Shown here: positions 39,554 through 48,949 of the stretch, in pieces | Numbering within the stretch: the stretch's first letter is position 1 | Layout: every line of letters begins with the position of its first letter | DNA from: Candidatus Latescibacterota bacterium | GTDB lineage: Bacteria; Latescibacterota; UBA2968; GCA-2709665 | Assembly (NCBI GenBank): GCA_965205485.1 | Contig: OZ242180.1 | Location: forward strand, 1,984,001 to 2,048,000 | Direction of reading: 5' to 3' | Length of the DNA stretch: 64,000 bases | Made by a program: the position numbers and the translations under genes | The notes under the pieces: generated by a model | What the model was told of the DNA's origin: nothing | The model's database searches: none | What the model saw: only the letters and a program-made list of their open reading frames with translations

Positions 39554-41119
39554 CTACGAGTTTGCGACCTCCTCCGCGGTGAGCGCGCGGCGGTAGAGGC
39601 GGAGGTCCCTGAGCCGCCCGTTGAAGGTGTCCACGCCCCCGGCGCCGATCTTGAGGGGCTTGTCGTTCGTGAGGTCGAATTCCGAGGCATCGAAGGTCGA
39701 AGAGGCGGCAACTTGCACGCCGTCGACATAGAGCAGGAGGCGGTTGTTCCGCCGGACCGCCACAAGATGCCGCCAACCCGGCGCGAGTTCGTGATCGTGA
39801 CTCACGTTCGCGCCGGCCTCCAACGCGTAGACGCGGCCTGAGGGCAGCGTACCCCCGAACAGTTTTCCACGATAAACCGCCATGGACCAGACCCGGCGGT
39901 ATCTGACGTCCGGAGTTGTATCGAGCTGGCCCGTCAGAGTCCAGGTGTCGCCCCCGTCGTACCGGTACACCTGGCCAAGGGGCAATGTGCCGGCGTAGAG
40001 CTTGCCGTTGTACACGGCCATCGCCATGACTTCCATTTCCTCACCCAGGCGTCCGGCGCACGTCCATGGGTCGTTGCCGTCGTCCCGGAAGACCTTGCCC
40101 TCCGGCCAGGTGCCCACGTGGAGTCTGCCGTTGTGGGCGGCGAAGGAATAGACCTGGGTCACGCCCTCCTGACCGCCGGCGTGGTCCCAACCGGTCCCCC
40201 CGTCGTATCGGAAGACGCCGCCGGCGTAATCCCCTTCGTTTCCCGCGCCGTATAGATCCCCGTTGAAGACGCCCAGGGACATCATGCGCCGGCCCGGAGT
40301 GCCGCAGTGACTCCAGACGTCATCGCCGTCGTAGCGGAAAACGCCCTGGCTGTAGAGGGGGATTGCGTAGAGGTCACCCCGGTAAACGGCCATTCCGGCG
40401 CAGGAATCGGCGCCTTCCATGCGGCCGATGGGCGTCCATTCGGAACCGCCCTCGTACCTGAACATGTTGCCTCCCGGGTTCTGGTTCTCGGACTCCGGAA
40501 GGGCGGAACCTCCGGCCTTGTACCTGGACGAGCCCGCGTACAGCGTGCCGTTGAACACGCAGAGCGACGCCATGGTATTGCACCTGTCCGGATGCCCACA
40601 GTCGATCCATCCCGCGTCGCCATCGTACCGGTAGACGCCTCCTGACTCGTCGGCGCCCGTCTCGAACGTGCCCGCGTACAGGTCGCCCTCAAAGACGCAA
40701 AGAGAGTAGACGCGCAGGTTGTTTCCGGGGCGGCCGCAATCGATCCATTCGCCGGTATGACCGCTGTCGATGCCGAAATGAAGGTGGCGGTAGTTGGCCT
40801 GGGCCGCCGTCACGCCGGCGTTGTTCGCCAGTCCGAAGTTCACTCCTGTGCGCGTGTCGGGGTCGTATTTGCTGAGGATGTCCCCGGGTACGTCATCCAG
40901 GATTTCGTCGGTATGTACGTGGACGGATATGGAGAAGTCATCCGCGCCGAAGTGGAGCGGCCGGGCGGAGGGGACCAGGATGTGGGCGCCGCGACCGTCG
41001 AACCGGGCCCCGTCGGGTGAAAACGCGACGCCATGATTCTCGCCGTGGCTTACGCCCGCGTGGTCCCGGCAGTCGCCCTCCAGCTTCCAGTGTGCGATCA
41101 AGCCTGAATTATCGTTCAT
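39554..41119 (-). CDS. LamG/ConA-like domain protein with inserted beta-propeller
   Basis: LIAHWKLE..., WRHLVAV, LYVDG, FNG---DLRLYRRAL flanking repeated L-VF-G-LYAG...VYRYDG. Confidence 0.8.
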   Translation of the reverse strand: MNDNSGLIAHWKLEGDCRDHAGVSHGENHGVAFSPDGARFDGRGAHILVPSARPLHFGADDFSISVHVHTDEILDDVPGDILSKYDPDTRTGVNFGLANNAGVTAAQANYRHLHFGIDSGHTGEWIDCGRPGNNLRVYSLCVFEGDLYAGTFETGADESGGVYRYDGDAGWIDCGHPDRCNTMASLCVFNGTLYAGSSRYKAGGSALPESENQNPGGNMFRYEGGSEWTPIGRMEGADSCAGMAVYRGDLYAIPLYSQGVFRYDGDDVWSHCGTPGRRMMSLGVFNGDLYGAGNEGDYAGGVFRYDGGTGWDHAGGQEGVTQVYSFAAHNGRLHVGTWPEGKVFRDDGNDPWTCAGRLGEEMEVMAMAVYNGKLYAGTLPLGQVYRYDGGDTWTLTGQLDTTPDVRYRRVWSMAVYRGKLFGGTLPSGRVYALEAGANVSHDHELAPGWRHLVAVRRNNRLLLYVDGVQVAASSTFDASEFDLTNDKPLKIGAGGVDTFNGRLRDLRLYRRALTAEEVANS

Positions 41120-43431
41120 CCGGATCTCCTCGGTTGAAACGTCTGTCCGCCCCCGTTCGCGTTTCCGGGGACGCCTGCAATACGAGAAAACGGGGGTTGC
41201 CGCGCCAGCGGTCGACGCCGGTCAGACGAAGTTGAAGCGCGTCGCCCGCATTCATGGGGCCGTGAGCATGGACCCGGGTTTTGATGGGAAACGCCTCGAG
41301 TTCAACCAGGGTGCCGTTGCGCCCGGTATGTAGTACGACCGCGGAAAAAACCCGGTCCGCTGATGCCGCAAGCTGTTTCAGAATCATGAAGCGCTCGCGA
41401 CGGAAGCGCAGCTTCGCGTGGCGCGCGTTTTCCTCGTGTGCTCGAAACCGGAGGGGATCGAGTTCAGCGGCGGAATAAAGGGGTTCGCCGGTTTTCAGAT
41501 GATGGACGATCTGTCTCTGGATCATCAGGTCCACGTAACGGTCTCCGGGCGCCACGGCTGCGCAGCGTGCGCGAATCCCAAGGCCGTAATGTGTGCCGGG
41601 TTCGGTGCTGTATGCCGGGTATGGGGTCCGACGGCGGACTTCGTGACGGCGCACGACGGGATGTCGGATCTCCTCGAGTTCCCGGCGGTCTTCGACGGCA
41701 TCCTGGACAATGAAAACGGCGGGGATCTTGTGATGCACGCACCACTCTACCGGTTTCGACGGCGGCAAGCATGGCCATTTCGTCGTGAATTCCGGCTGCG
41801 CGGTCTGCCGGGCCCGTGTGGTGGACGACGATCCCCTTGCTTCCGGCCCTGACCCGCACGCGGCCGAAATTCTCAAACGCCCCGTTACCGCTGCGTTCTT
41901 CACGGAGGGTGTTGGCGACGTCGTTCAGGAGTCGCACGGTTCCGGCGAGGGAATGGCGTTGCCCCTCAACCATCCTGTCGACCTCATCGTTGGAAAGACG
42001 GGTCCGCAATTTGATCGCAGAGCGGACGATGCGGAGTTCTCCGATATTCAGATTTCGATCGAGCCTCCACAGCAGGCTCAGCGCCGGTCGATGCTGATGC
42101 ACGCTGAATCTGCAGATGTCGTCTGCGAATCGCGGCGGCAGCATGGTCAGTGACAGGTCGGACAGCCGGAGCGTTGCGAGCCTGTCGGACGCATTTCTGT
42201 CCAGCGCGGATCCCGCGGGTATGCAGGCGGCAATATCCGGAACGTGGATACCGAGTTCGTATCCTCCCCGCCAACGGCGTCTGAGCGAGAAAGCGAGTTC
42301 AGGCTGGTCGTCGGAATCGGTCTGCAGGGCGAAAAACGCGCGCCGGAGTCTTCGACGGCCTTTCAATATTCGCGACAGGTCGAATTCGTCGGCCTCTTTC
42401 AGGACGTCGGCAGGAAAATCAAGTGCGAGACCCGAGCGGAGGAGATCCAGATTTTCGTCGGGGTCCCAGATGCGTTTCCCGACCATCAGTTCGAATGCGT
42501 ACAGCTGAAGGTTTCCTTTCCCTGCAGCTGTTTGACGGAGCATCTCCCGGGTGCGCCCGCCCGCGTCCGCATCGGATCCCCACAGCGCGTAGCGTTTGAC
42601 CTGCTCGAGCCATTGGCGCTGCCTTCCCGTAAGTGTCTCCGGATCGTAGACTTCTTCGTCGCGCCCAAGCCAGTAGAGAAATTCCTCCCGTTCGTGGCTT
42701 ATTTTCTGCCTTCCCGCGAGTTGGTCTCTTCGGTTCTTGACTTCGTTTTCTTCGAGCGGACGACAGGCGTCCAATCGGGTCCGTATGAAGTACGGGCAGG
42801 CGGAATCGAGGTGAATGTAGAGCGCAAGCCAGCATGAGGGATCGGGATCGTCGCCCCAGTAGAGCGCGCCGATATCCGGGATTTCCATAACGGAGTGGTC
42901 GTCCTTGAAAGCGTGCCAGACTTCTCCGAGATCGATGTGCTTCGCCAGCGCGCGCACCGACGCCCCGTAGGTTCTGAGGAAGTCGCGATTGTCCTTGACG
43001 CCGACGCCGGATAGGTATACCAGGGATTTTCTCCGAATGACGAGGCGCCTCCCGTCCTCCGCGACAACGCAGATCCGGTTTCCCCAGATCCAATGAGAAT
43101 AGGTTCCCAGCATCAGACGCTTGCGGTACAGAAAGAGCACGATCTCTCCGGTTACCGTTTCGGACGATCGTTCCCTTGCTGAAGGCGATTGTGGCAGACG
43201 CAGTTCGCGCCACCTGCGTCGGACCGCGGGATGGGATGTCTTCCTTCCTCGGCGGGAACGTGACGACGGCCCTGATTCTTTCATGCGCCCGACGTAGTGC
43301 TCGTCGGGCACATTGCGGCCGTCGCGGCGAAGGACATAACCGTAAAAGCGATCAACAAAGTTGGCGTAATAATAGATGAATCGATTCGCAACCGTGATTT
43401 CCTTCGGCGGAATTTTCACGATGGACCTCAT
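41109..43431 (-). CDS. RNB (RNase II/R)-domain protein, degenerate active site, frameshift ~41750; start uncertain
   Basis: ELGIHVPD, RPALS, DEMAMLA, HYGLG, RYVDLMIQRQI, C-terminal S1-like region. Confidence 0.75.
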
Positions 43432-43518
43432 TCGAAAGACGTTTCAGGCGCGAGGCGAGCGGCAGACGGATGCCTCCTCGCGGGCAGAGCAGCCTTTTCC
43501 GCTGGCCGCTATGGGCTA

Positions 43519-43860
43519 TCAGTGGGCTTGCAGGCGTTTTTTCAGGAGGGCCAGGAATTCCTCCTGGCTGTCCAGGTTGCGTTTCGCCGTTTCGACAATC
43601 GTCCGCTGAAGTACCAGGCGTTTGCTTTCAATCGACGCGGCAGTGGTCGAGTCCAGACTCAGGGCGATGTTGTGCCGGATGTTGATTTCGAGGCTGTCCT
43701 GCAGCGTTTTCATACGCTTCTGTTCCGTTCGAAAGATCGCCCGCGCCTCGGCGACCTTCGTTTCCTGCGCGGCGATTTCAGTTTTCAGAAGCTCGGCGTC
43801 CCGGCCGCAGGCCGCGAGGGTCAACAGGGCAGCGAGGAGGAAGAGTCGGGTTCTTAACAT
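43519..43860 (-). CDS. Hypothetical coiled-coil lipoprotein
   Basis: Lipobox LAAC after hydrophobic stretch; helical body. Confidence 0.7.
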   Translation of the reverse strand: MLRTRLFLLAALLTLAACGRDAELLKTEIAAQETKVAEARAIFRTEQKRMKTLQDSLEINIRHNIALSLDSTTAASIESKRLVLQRTIVETAKRNLDSQEEFLALLKKRLQAH

Positions 43861-43956
43861 ATGACTCCCGCGGTATCGATGCGGACAAAGTTAACAATGG
43901 GCGCCCGGAATTGCCGCACCTCATACGGCGCCTGCGGCGCGGATGCGGATTTCCGG

Positions 43957-45429
43957 TTATTCGATGATCTGTTCGCCCGACGATTCGGCCCGGGTGATGT
44001 GACGCCGGATCAGGCGCCGGGCCCGGTAGGTCTTTACGTAGCGCAGCCAGCCGCGTTTGATCTGCTGGTGGGGCGCGGTATCAATTTCAATCGTATCGCC
44101 CCAGTTCAGAACCGAGAAGCGCGATGCGGGTTTCCCGTTGATCCGGCCCCCGATGCAGTGGAGGCCGAGGTCCGTATGGACGGCAAATGCGAAATCGGTG
44201 AGGGTGGCGCCCTCGGGCAGGATGATGGGATCGCCGTTGGGTGTGAAAACGGCCATTTCATGGACAAAGAGCATGCGTTTGACTTCGTCCAGGAAGTGGA
44301 CCCCGGCCCCGCCGTGCTCGTGCCATTCGGCAAGTTCCTGAAGCCAGCGGGTTCTCCGCTCTTCCTGGAGTTGCCCGCCGCGCAGGGTCGCAACGCCCAG
44401 TTCACCCATTCTGTACATGGATGGCGTCTGGACTGCAACTTCAAAACGCTGCCCCTTGTGGATGACCGTTGTCTGCAGCGCCTGATAGCCGTTTCGTTTG
44501 GGCAGGGCGATAAAGTCCTTTATTCCATCCATTAAGGGGGTGAAGCTGTGATGGATGATACCCAGTGTTCTGTAGCAGGTGTAACGATTGGACGTGATGA
44601 CAACGATGGTGTACCGGTCGTGCACGTTCTCCACCGGGAGGTGTGACTCTCGGGAACCCGCGCCCGTGGCTTTGCCGTAGATGCTTCTCAGGCTCTTCGA
44701 TTGAAGTCGGATGCGTGTGCGTATACCGTTGTTGGTGACAATATTGCGCATCTCCGCCTGGAAATCCAGATAGGATTGCGGCGGACCGCCCCGCATGAGG
44801 CTGACAAGCTGCTGGTGGATTCTGGGGTGCAGGCAGCCGAAGCTTCGGTCTTCCAGTTCCCTGCGAATTCGGTCCATGCCCAGCAGGCGGGAGAGCGGCG
44901 CGTAGACGTCGATGGTTTCCTGTGCAATCCGGTTTTGGCGCCTGGTATCCTTGATGCCCGCGATGCTGCGCATGTTGTGCACGCGGTCGGCCAGTTTCAG
45001 AATGAGTACCCGCGGGTCCCGGTGTGCGGCGGTGAAGAGACGCTGGAGCGTTGCGGACCGGCGGGCGGATCGGCTGCGTGTGCTGGATTCGTCCACTTTG
45101 GTTACGCCCTTCACCAGTTCGGTCACTCCGGCGCCGAACGTGGGAAGGATGTCCTCGTCGGGGGTCAGGACGGAGTCTTCCGCGGCATCGTGGAGCAGGG
45201 CGGCGGATATCATATCCGTGTCTCTGGCGAAGCCGAGTTCGGACGCCAGGATGAGCGCCACGGCGATGGGATGGGTGATGAACGGCTGGCCCTCGTCGCG
45301 ATGCTGTCCCTCGTGGCTTGCGTTGGCGAGGTGATACGCATGCCCGATCAGCGGATGGTTTATCTGCGGCACCTGCGCCAGCAGCTTCGCCAGGGGCTCC
45401 TTGATGGATGTCAGGCCATGAGGATTCAA
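43957..45429 (-). CDS. RelA/SpoT homologue (HD + degenerate synthetase + TGS, no ACT)
   Basis: H-GQ-R--G-PFITHP, ALLHDAAED, KLADRVHNMR, VFTPNG...DFAFAVHT. Confidence 0.88.
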   Translation of the reverse strand: MNPHGLTSIKEPLAKLLAQVPQINHPLIGHAYHLANASHEGQHRDEGQPFITHPIAVALILASELGFARDTDMISAALLHDAAEDSVLTPDEDILPTFGAGVTELVKGVTKVDESSTRSRSARRSATLQRLFTAAHRDPRVLILKLADRVHNMRSIAGIKDTRRQNRIAQETIDVYAPLSRLLGMDRIRRELEDRSFGCLHPRIHQQLVSLMRGGPPQSYLDFQAEMRNIVTNNGIRTRIRLQSKSLRSIYGKATGAGSRESHLPVENVHDRYTIVVITSNRYTCYRTLGIIHHSFTPLMDGIKDFIALPKRNGYQALQTTVIHKGQRFEVAVQTPSMYRMGELGVATLRGGQLQEERRTRWLQELAEWHEHGGAGVHFLDEVKRMLFVHEMAVFTPNGDPIILPEGATLTDFAFAVHTDLGLHCIGGRINGKPASRFSVLNWGDTIEIDTAPHQQIKRGWLRYVKTYRARRLIRRHITRAESSGEQIIE

Positions 45430-48284
45430 TGGTCCGTCCCGTTCATATCTTCAAACCAGTCGGCGATCGCGCCGATCATTTCTTCCCGGGTGTTGAAAGC
45501 GTGATGTCCCACGGGCAGGGCCTCCAGAAACGCGCGGCCGTATCGGGTGCTCAGCACCCTGCTGTCCAGCACGACGACCGCACCCCGGTCGGTCTTGTTG
45601 CGGATGAGCCGCCCGAAGCCCTGCCGGAACTTCAGGATGGCTTCCGGTACGGAATAATTCAGGAACGGATTTTTCCCTTGTTTTTCCAGTTCCTCGATAT
45701 GCGCCGCCACAAGGGGTTCGGACGGCACGGCGAAAGGCAGGCGTACGATGCCCAGAACCTGGAGCGCGTTGCCGGGTACGTCGATGCCTTCCCAGAAGCT
45801 GTCGGTTCCCAGAAGCATGGCGGTTTCTTCGAGTTTGAACCGGTCGGTGATATTCGTTCGGGAGCCGTCAATCCCCTGTCCGAGTACGAGTACGCCGTTG
45901 GAGCGCAGGTCCGTCTTGATGGCATCGTACGTCCGGTTCAGCATGCCGTACGAGGTGAAAAGGGCGAGGGTACCCCGCTTGGTCTTCAACATCAGTTGAT
46001 GCAGCACGTCGGCGACGGCCTCCTGATATTCCGCGGATTTGGGCGACGGCATGAAACGCGGCGTACACACGAGCGCCTGTTTCCCATAGTCGAAAGGGGA
46101 GCCCAGGCAAAGGGTCTGAAGCCGGGTTTCGGGCATGGATTCCAGGCCCATGCGACGGAGAAAATAGGTCAGTTTACCCCGGATACCCAGCGTGGCGGAC
46201 GTGAATACGATTGAAGACTTGCCCTCGTACAGCCCGCCGTTCAACGTCTCCGAAACATCCAGCGGAGCGGAAAAGAGGCGGGTGTCGGCGCTCTTGTCCG
46301 TCGCTGGCAATTCGAGCCAGTAAACGGCGTTTTCATCGCTGGCGGAGACGAGGTCATTCAGGTCCTCCAGAACGGTCTGGGCGGTCTCGATGCAACCGCC
46401 AAGTTCGTTGCAGATCTCGTCCTGGTTGACAAACATGTCACCGGGCAGGTCTCGAAGCCAGTCTGAGAGGTCCCTGAGACGGCTGCATAGCGCGCCCAGG
46501 GCATGCGAAAACGGGTCCAGCGATTCCGTCAGGGCGTCGAAGGTGGATTCGCCCGGCCGATAGCGGATCTTCTCTCTGTACGCGCTTCCTGGCCTCCCTG
46601 TCTGTTGCACGAGGTGCTGCGTAAGGTCTTCAAAAAAGGCCCTGGCACGTAGCCACAGGTCCTCCGTCGCGGCCGTCGCGGATTTGATTCCGGCGTCAAA
46701 GGCCCTGACCGTTGCCGGATCCGGATCTGCGGCCGCAATCCAGTGTCTCAGGGCCGGCAGCGTACCCGCGTCCGACGAACCGGGTCCGCACAACGGGTTG
46801 GTGATATTCCTGACCCGCCAGATGCTGAGTTCCTTGCCCAGGTAGTGCGCGGCGACTTTCTCAAGGTTGTGCGCTTCGTCCAGGACCAGGTGCGAGTACT
46901 CGCCAAGGATCGCGTTTTCGGTGACAAGATCGGAGAAGAGCAATGAATGATTGATTACCACCAGATGCGCTCTTGCGGAGGTTCTGCGGATGTTGTTCGC
47001 AAAGCACCGCCCGTTATTGCGGCAACGCTGGCTGCGGCAGAAACCCGGATCGGAGCAGATTTTGGCCCACAGGCTTGCGTGGCGCGCCGGATTGAATCCG
47101 GTATTCTCGGTGATGTCTCCCGAGCGGGTCGTTTCCGCCCACAGCACGAGGGGTAGCGCGCCGATGCGTTCGTTCGGGGTGAGGCTGGCGTCCGGGTTGT
47201 TCAGTACGGACTCCCACCTGTTAAGGCAGATGTAGTTGTTCCTGCCCTTGAGCAGGGCGTAGCGGAACGGTACGTCCAGGATTGACGCGAGTGCGGGCAG
47301 GTCATTGAAGAAGAGCTGTTCCTGGAGGTTTTTGGTATTAGTCGATACGATGAATCGGACATTGTTTCGTACCGCATAGAGTATGGACGGTGCGAGGTAT
47401 GCGATGGATTTTCCCACGCCCGTGCCGGCTTCCACGGCCAGGTGCCGGCCGTTGTTGATGGCGACGGTAACTGCACGCGCCATTTCGACCTGCTGGGGCC
47501 GGTATTCATACCCGGAGATGCCGTCATCGAAGCAGCCGCCGGGCTCCAGCATGTGGCTGACCGCCTTGACGTCAAGCGGCTGATCGGATGGTTCGCCCTG
47601 GGTCTGGTGCTTCTCGCCGGCGGCATTGAAAAGCGTCCCGTCCGGCAGCCGGCCCCCCGGTTTCGAACTCAGGAATTCCTTTCTTGCGCCTTCGTTCGCC
47701 AATTCGACCAGGACGGGAAGCAGGCCCGATCCGGAACCCTGCAGCAATCGAAGCATCTGCTGTTTCAATTGCAGGGATACGGATTGGAGCACTTCTACGA
47801 GATTGAGGTAGATCCCAGCCAGGGTTTCCGCGTCGGTCAGGGCTTTATGGGGCGTGTCGCAATGTACGGAGAAGTGTCCGGCCAGAGTCTCAACGCGATG
47901 ATCGTGGAGGGTGGGGAGGGTGGCGCGTGCGAGTTCGCGGACGCTGTGCACCGAGTTCTCAATAGGGGAATCGCCGGCAGCGTCGAGAAAACGGGATTCA
48001 AAGCGGCCCTGGTGGGCAATGAGCGGCATGTCGGCCACGAAACTCCGGAAACCACCGATGACGGGGTCGATCGGCGGCGCTCCCCGGACAGTCTCTGTTG
48101 TTATTCCGGTGAGGCGGACGGTCTCGTCCGGGATGTCGCCCACGGGTTTGACATAAGTCTGGAATCGGTCGACGATCCGGCCGTTTTCCACCCGAACCGC
48201 GCCGATTTCCAGGATTTCGGCGTCCGGGGGTTCGAGCCCGGAGGTTTCGAGGTCGATGGCGATGAATGAATCAAGTATGGACAT
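45426..48284 (-). CDS. dinG: DnaQ-like 3'-5' exonuclease / DinG family helicase fusion
   Basis: IDLETSG...HKALTDA; EAGTGVGKS; Fe-S Cys; DEAH; FWEGIDVPG; QGFGRLIR. Confidence 0.92.
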   Translation of the reverse strand: MSILDSFIAIDLETSGLEPPDAEILEIGAVRVENGRIVDRFQTYVKPVGDIPDETVRLTGITTETVRGAPPIDPVIGGFRSFVADMPLIAHQGRFESRFLDAAGDSPIENSVHSVRELARATLPTLHDHRVETLAGHFSVHCDTPHKALTDAETLAGIYLNLVEVLQSVSLQLKQQMLRLLQGSGSGLLPVLVELANEGARKEFLSSKPGGRLPDGTLFNAAGEKHQTQGEPSDQPLDVKAVSHMLEPGGCFDDGISGYEYRPQQVEMARAVTVAINNGRHLAVEAGTGVGKSIAYLAPSILYAVRNNVRFIVSTNTKNLQEQLFFNDLPALASILDVPFRYALLKGRNNYICLNRWESVLNNPDASLTPNERIGALPLVLWAETTRSGDITENTGFNPARHASLWAKICSDPGFCRSQRCRNNGRCFANNIRRTSARAHLVVINHSLLFSDLVTENAILGEYSHLVLDEAHNLEKVAAHYLGKELSIWRVRNITNPLCGPGSSDAGTLPALRHWIAAADPDPATVRAFDAGIKSATAATEDLWLRARAFFEDLTQHLVQQTGRPGSAYREKIRYRPGESTFDALTESLDPFSHALGALCSRLRDLSDWLRDLPGDMFVNQDEICNELGGCIETAQTVLEDLNDLVSASDENAVYWLELPATDKSADTRLFSAPLDVSETLNGGLYEGKSSIVFTSATLGIRGKLTYFLRRMGLESMPETRLQTLCLGSPFDYGKQALVCTPRFMPSPKSAEYQEAVADVLHQLMLKTKRGTLALFTSYGMLNRTYDAIKTDLRSNGVLVLGQGIDGSRTNITDRFKLEETAMLLGTDSFWEGIDVPGNALQVLGIVRLPFAVPSEPLVAAHIEELEKQGKNPFLNYSVPEAILKFRQGFGRLIRNKTDRGAVVVLDSRVLSTRYGRAFLEALPVGHHAFNTREEMIGAIADWFEDMNGTDH

Positions 48285-48383
48285 GATTTCTGGCGCCGGC
48301 GATCAGATAACCGCCTGAGTTCGTTTGGGATTGCCGGGGACCGGCCGGACCGGCGGAAATGGGTGCGGAACGATGAATCCCCA

Positions 48384-48412
48384 TTGACAATACACTGCGG
48401 AAGCCCTATTAT
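48384..48412 (+). promoter_or_regulatory. Near-consensus sigma70 promoter
   Basis: TTGACA-17 bp-TATTAT upstream of the small ORF at 48481. Confidence 0.7.
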
Positions 48413-48480
48413 GAACGATCGAAAACACAGGGATATTTCGGGCTACGCGGTGGAATCCGTATTTACAGGGAGGTGCTGGC

Positions 48481-48672
48481 GTGTTCAAGGATAAGCAGAC
48501 CTTCGAGATCTCGCTGGAAACACACCAGAAAGCGTTTCTGGACGAAGTCGCCGCCCGATACCGTCTCGAAGACGCTTCCAAGGCCGTGCGCTGCCTGGTT
48601 AATTTTGCAATTGACGAGCCGGATGAGCAGGACCGTATTTTCGACGAAGTTCGTTGTCTGGATTGCGGCTGA
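48481..48672 (+). CDS. Small protein, ribbon-helix-helix-like pattern, C-terminal CxxC
   Basis: GGAGG RBS, GTG start, own promoter, downstream hairpin at 48693-48716. Confidence 0.7.
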   Translation: MFKDKQTFEISLETHQKAFLDEVAARYRLEDASKAVRCLVNFAIDEPDEQDRIFDEVRCLDCG

Positions 48673-48949
48673 TAATTGCTACAACCGGATCAGCCGACCG
48701 GTGAAACCCGGTCGGCCGCGACGTGAATTTGATAATACATTATCCTACCTGTAATTTCAAGGGTAAATCGCGCGGAACCCACGTCGCTTTCGCGTGATTT
48801 CACTAATGCCGCAGGCGAGTCGGTGGGACAAAATGGCACGGGCTTCTTCTCCCGTCTCACCTCTACCGTCTCCCCGCATTCGGGCTTTTTGTGGCCAATT
48901 TAGCGGCTATCCCTTTTTCGAATTGGTACTGATATAAAAGGAGCGGATT

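Noticed and set aside
48661..48675. Selenocysteine at the TGA ending the CLDCG protein
   Set aside because: TGA is immediately followed by TAA and does not align to an expected Cys; simplest reading is a double stop.
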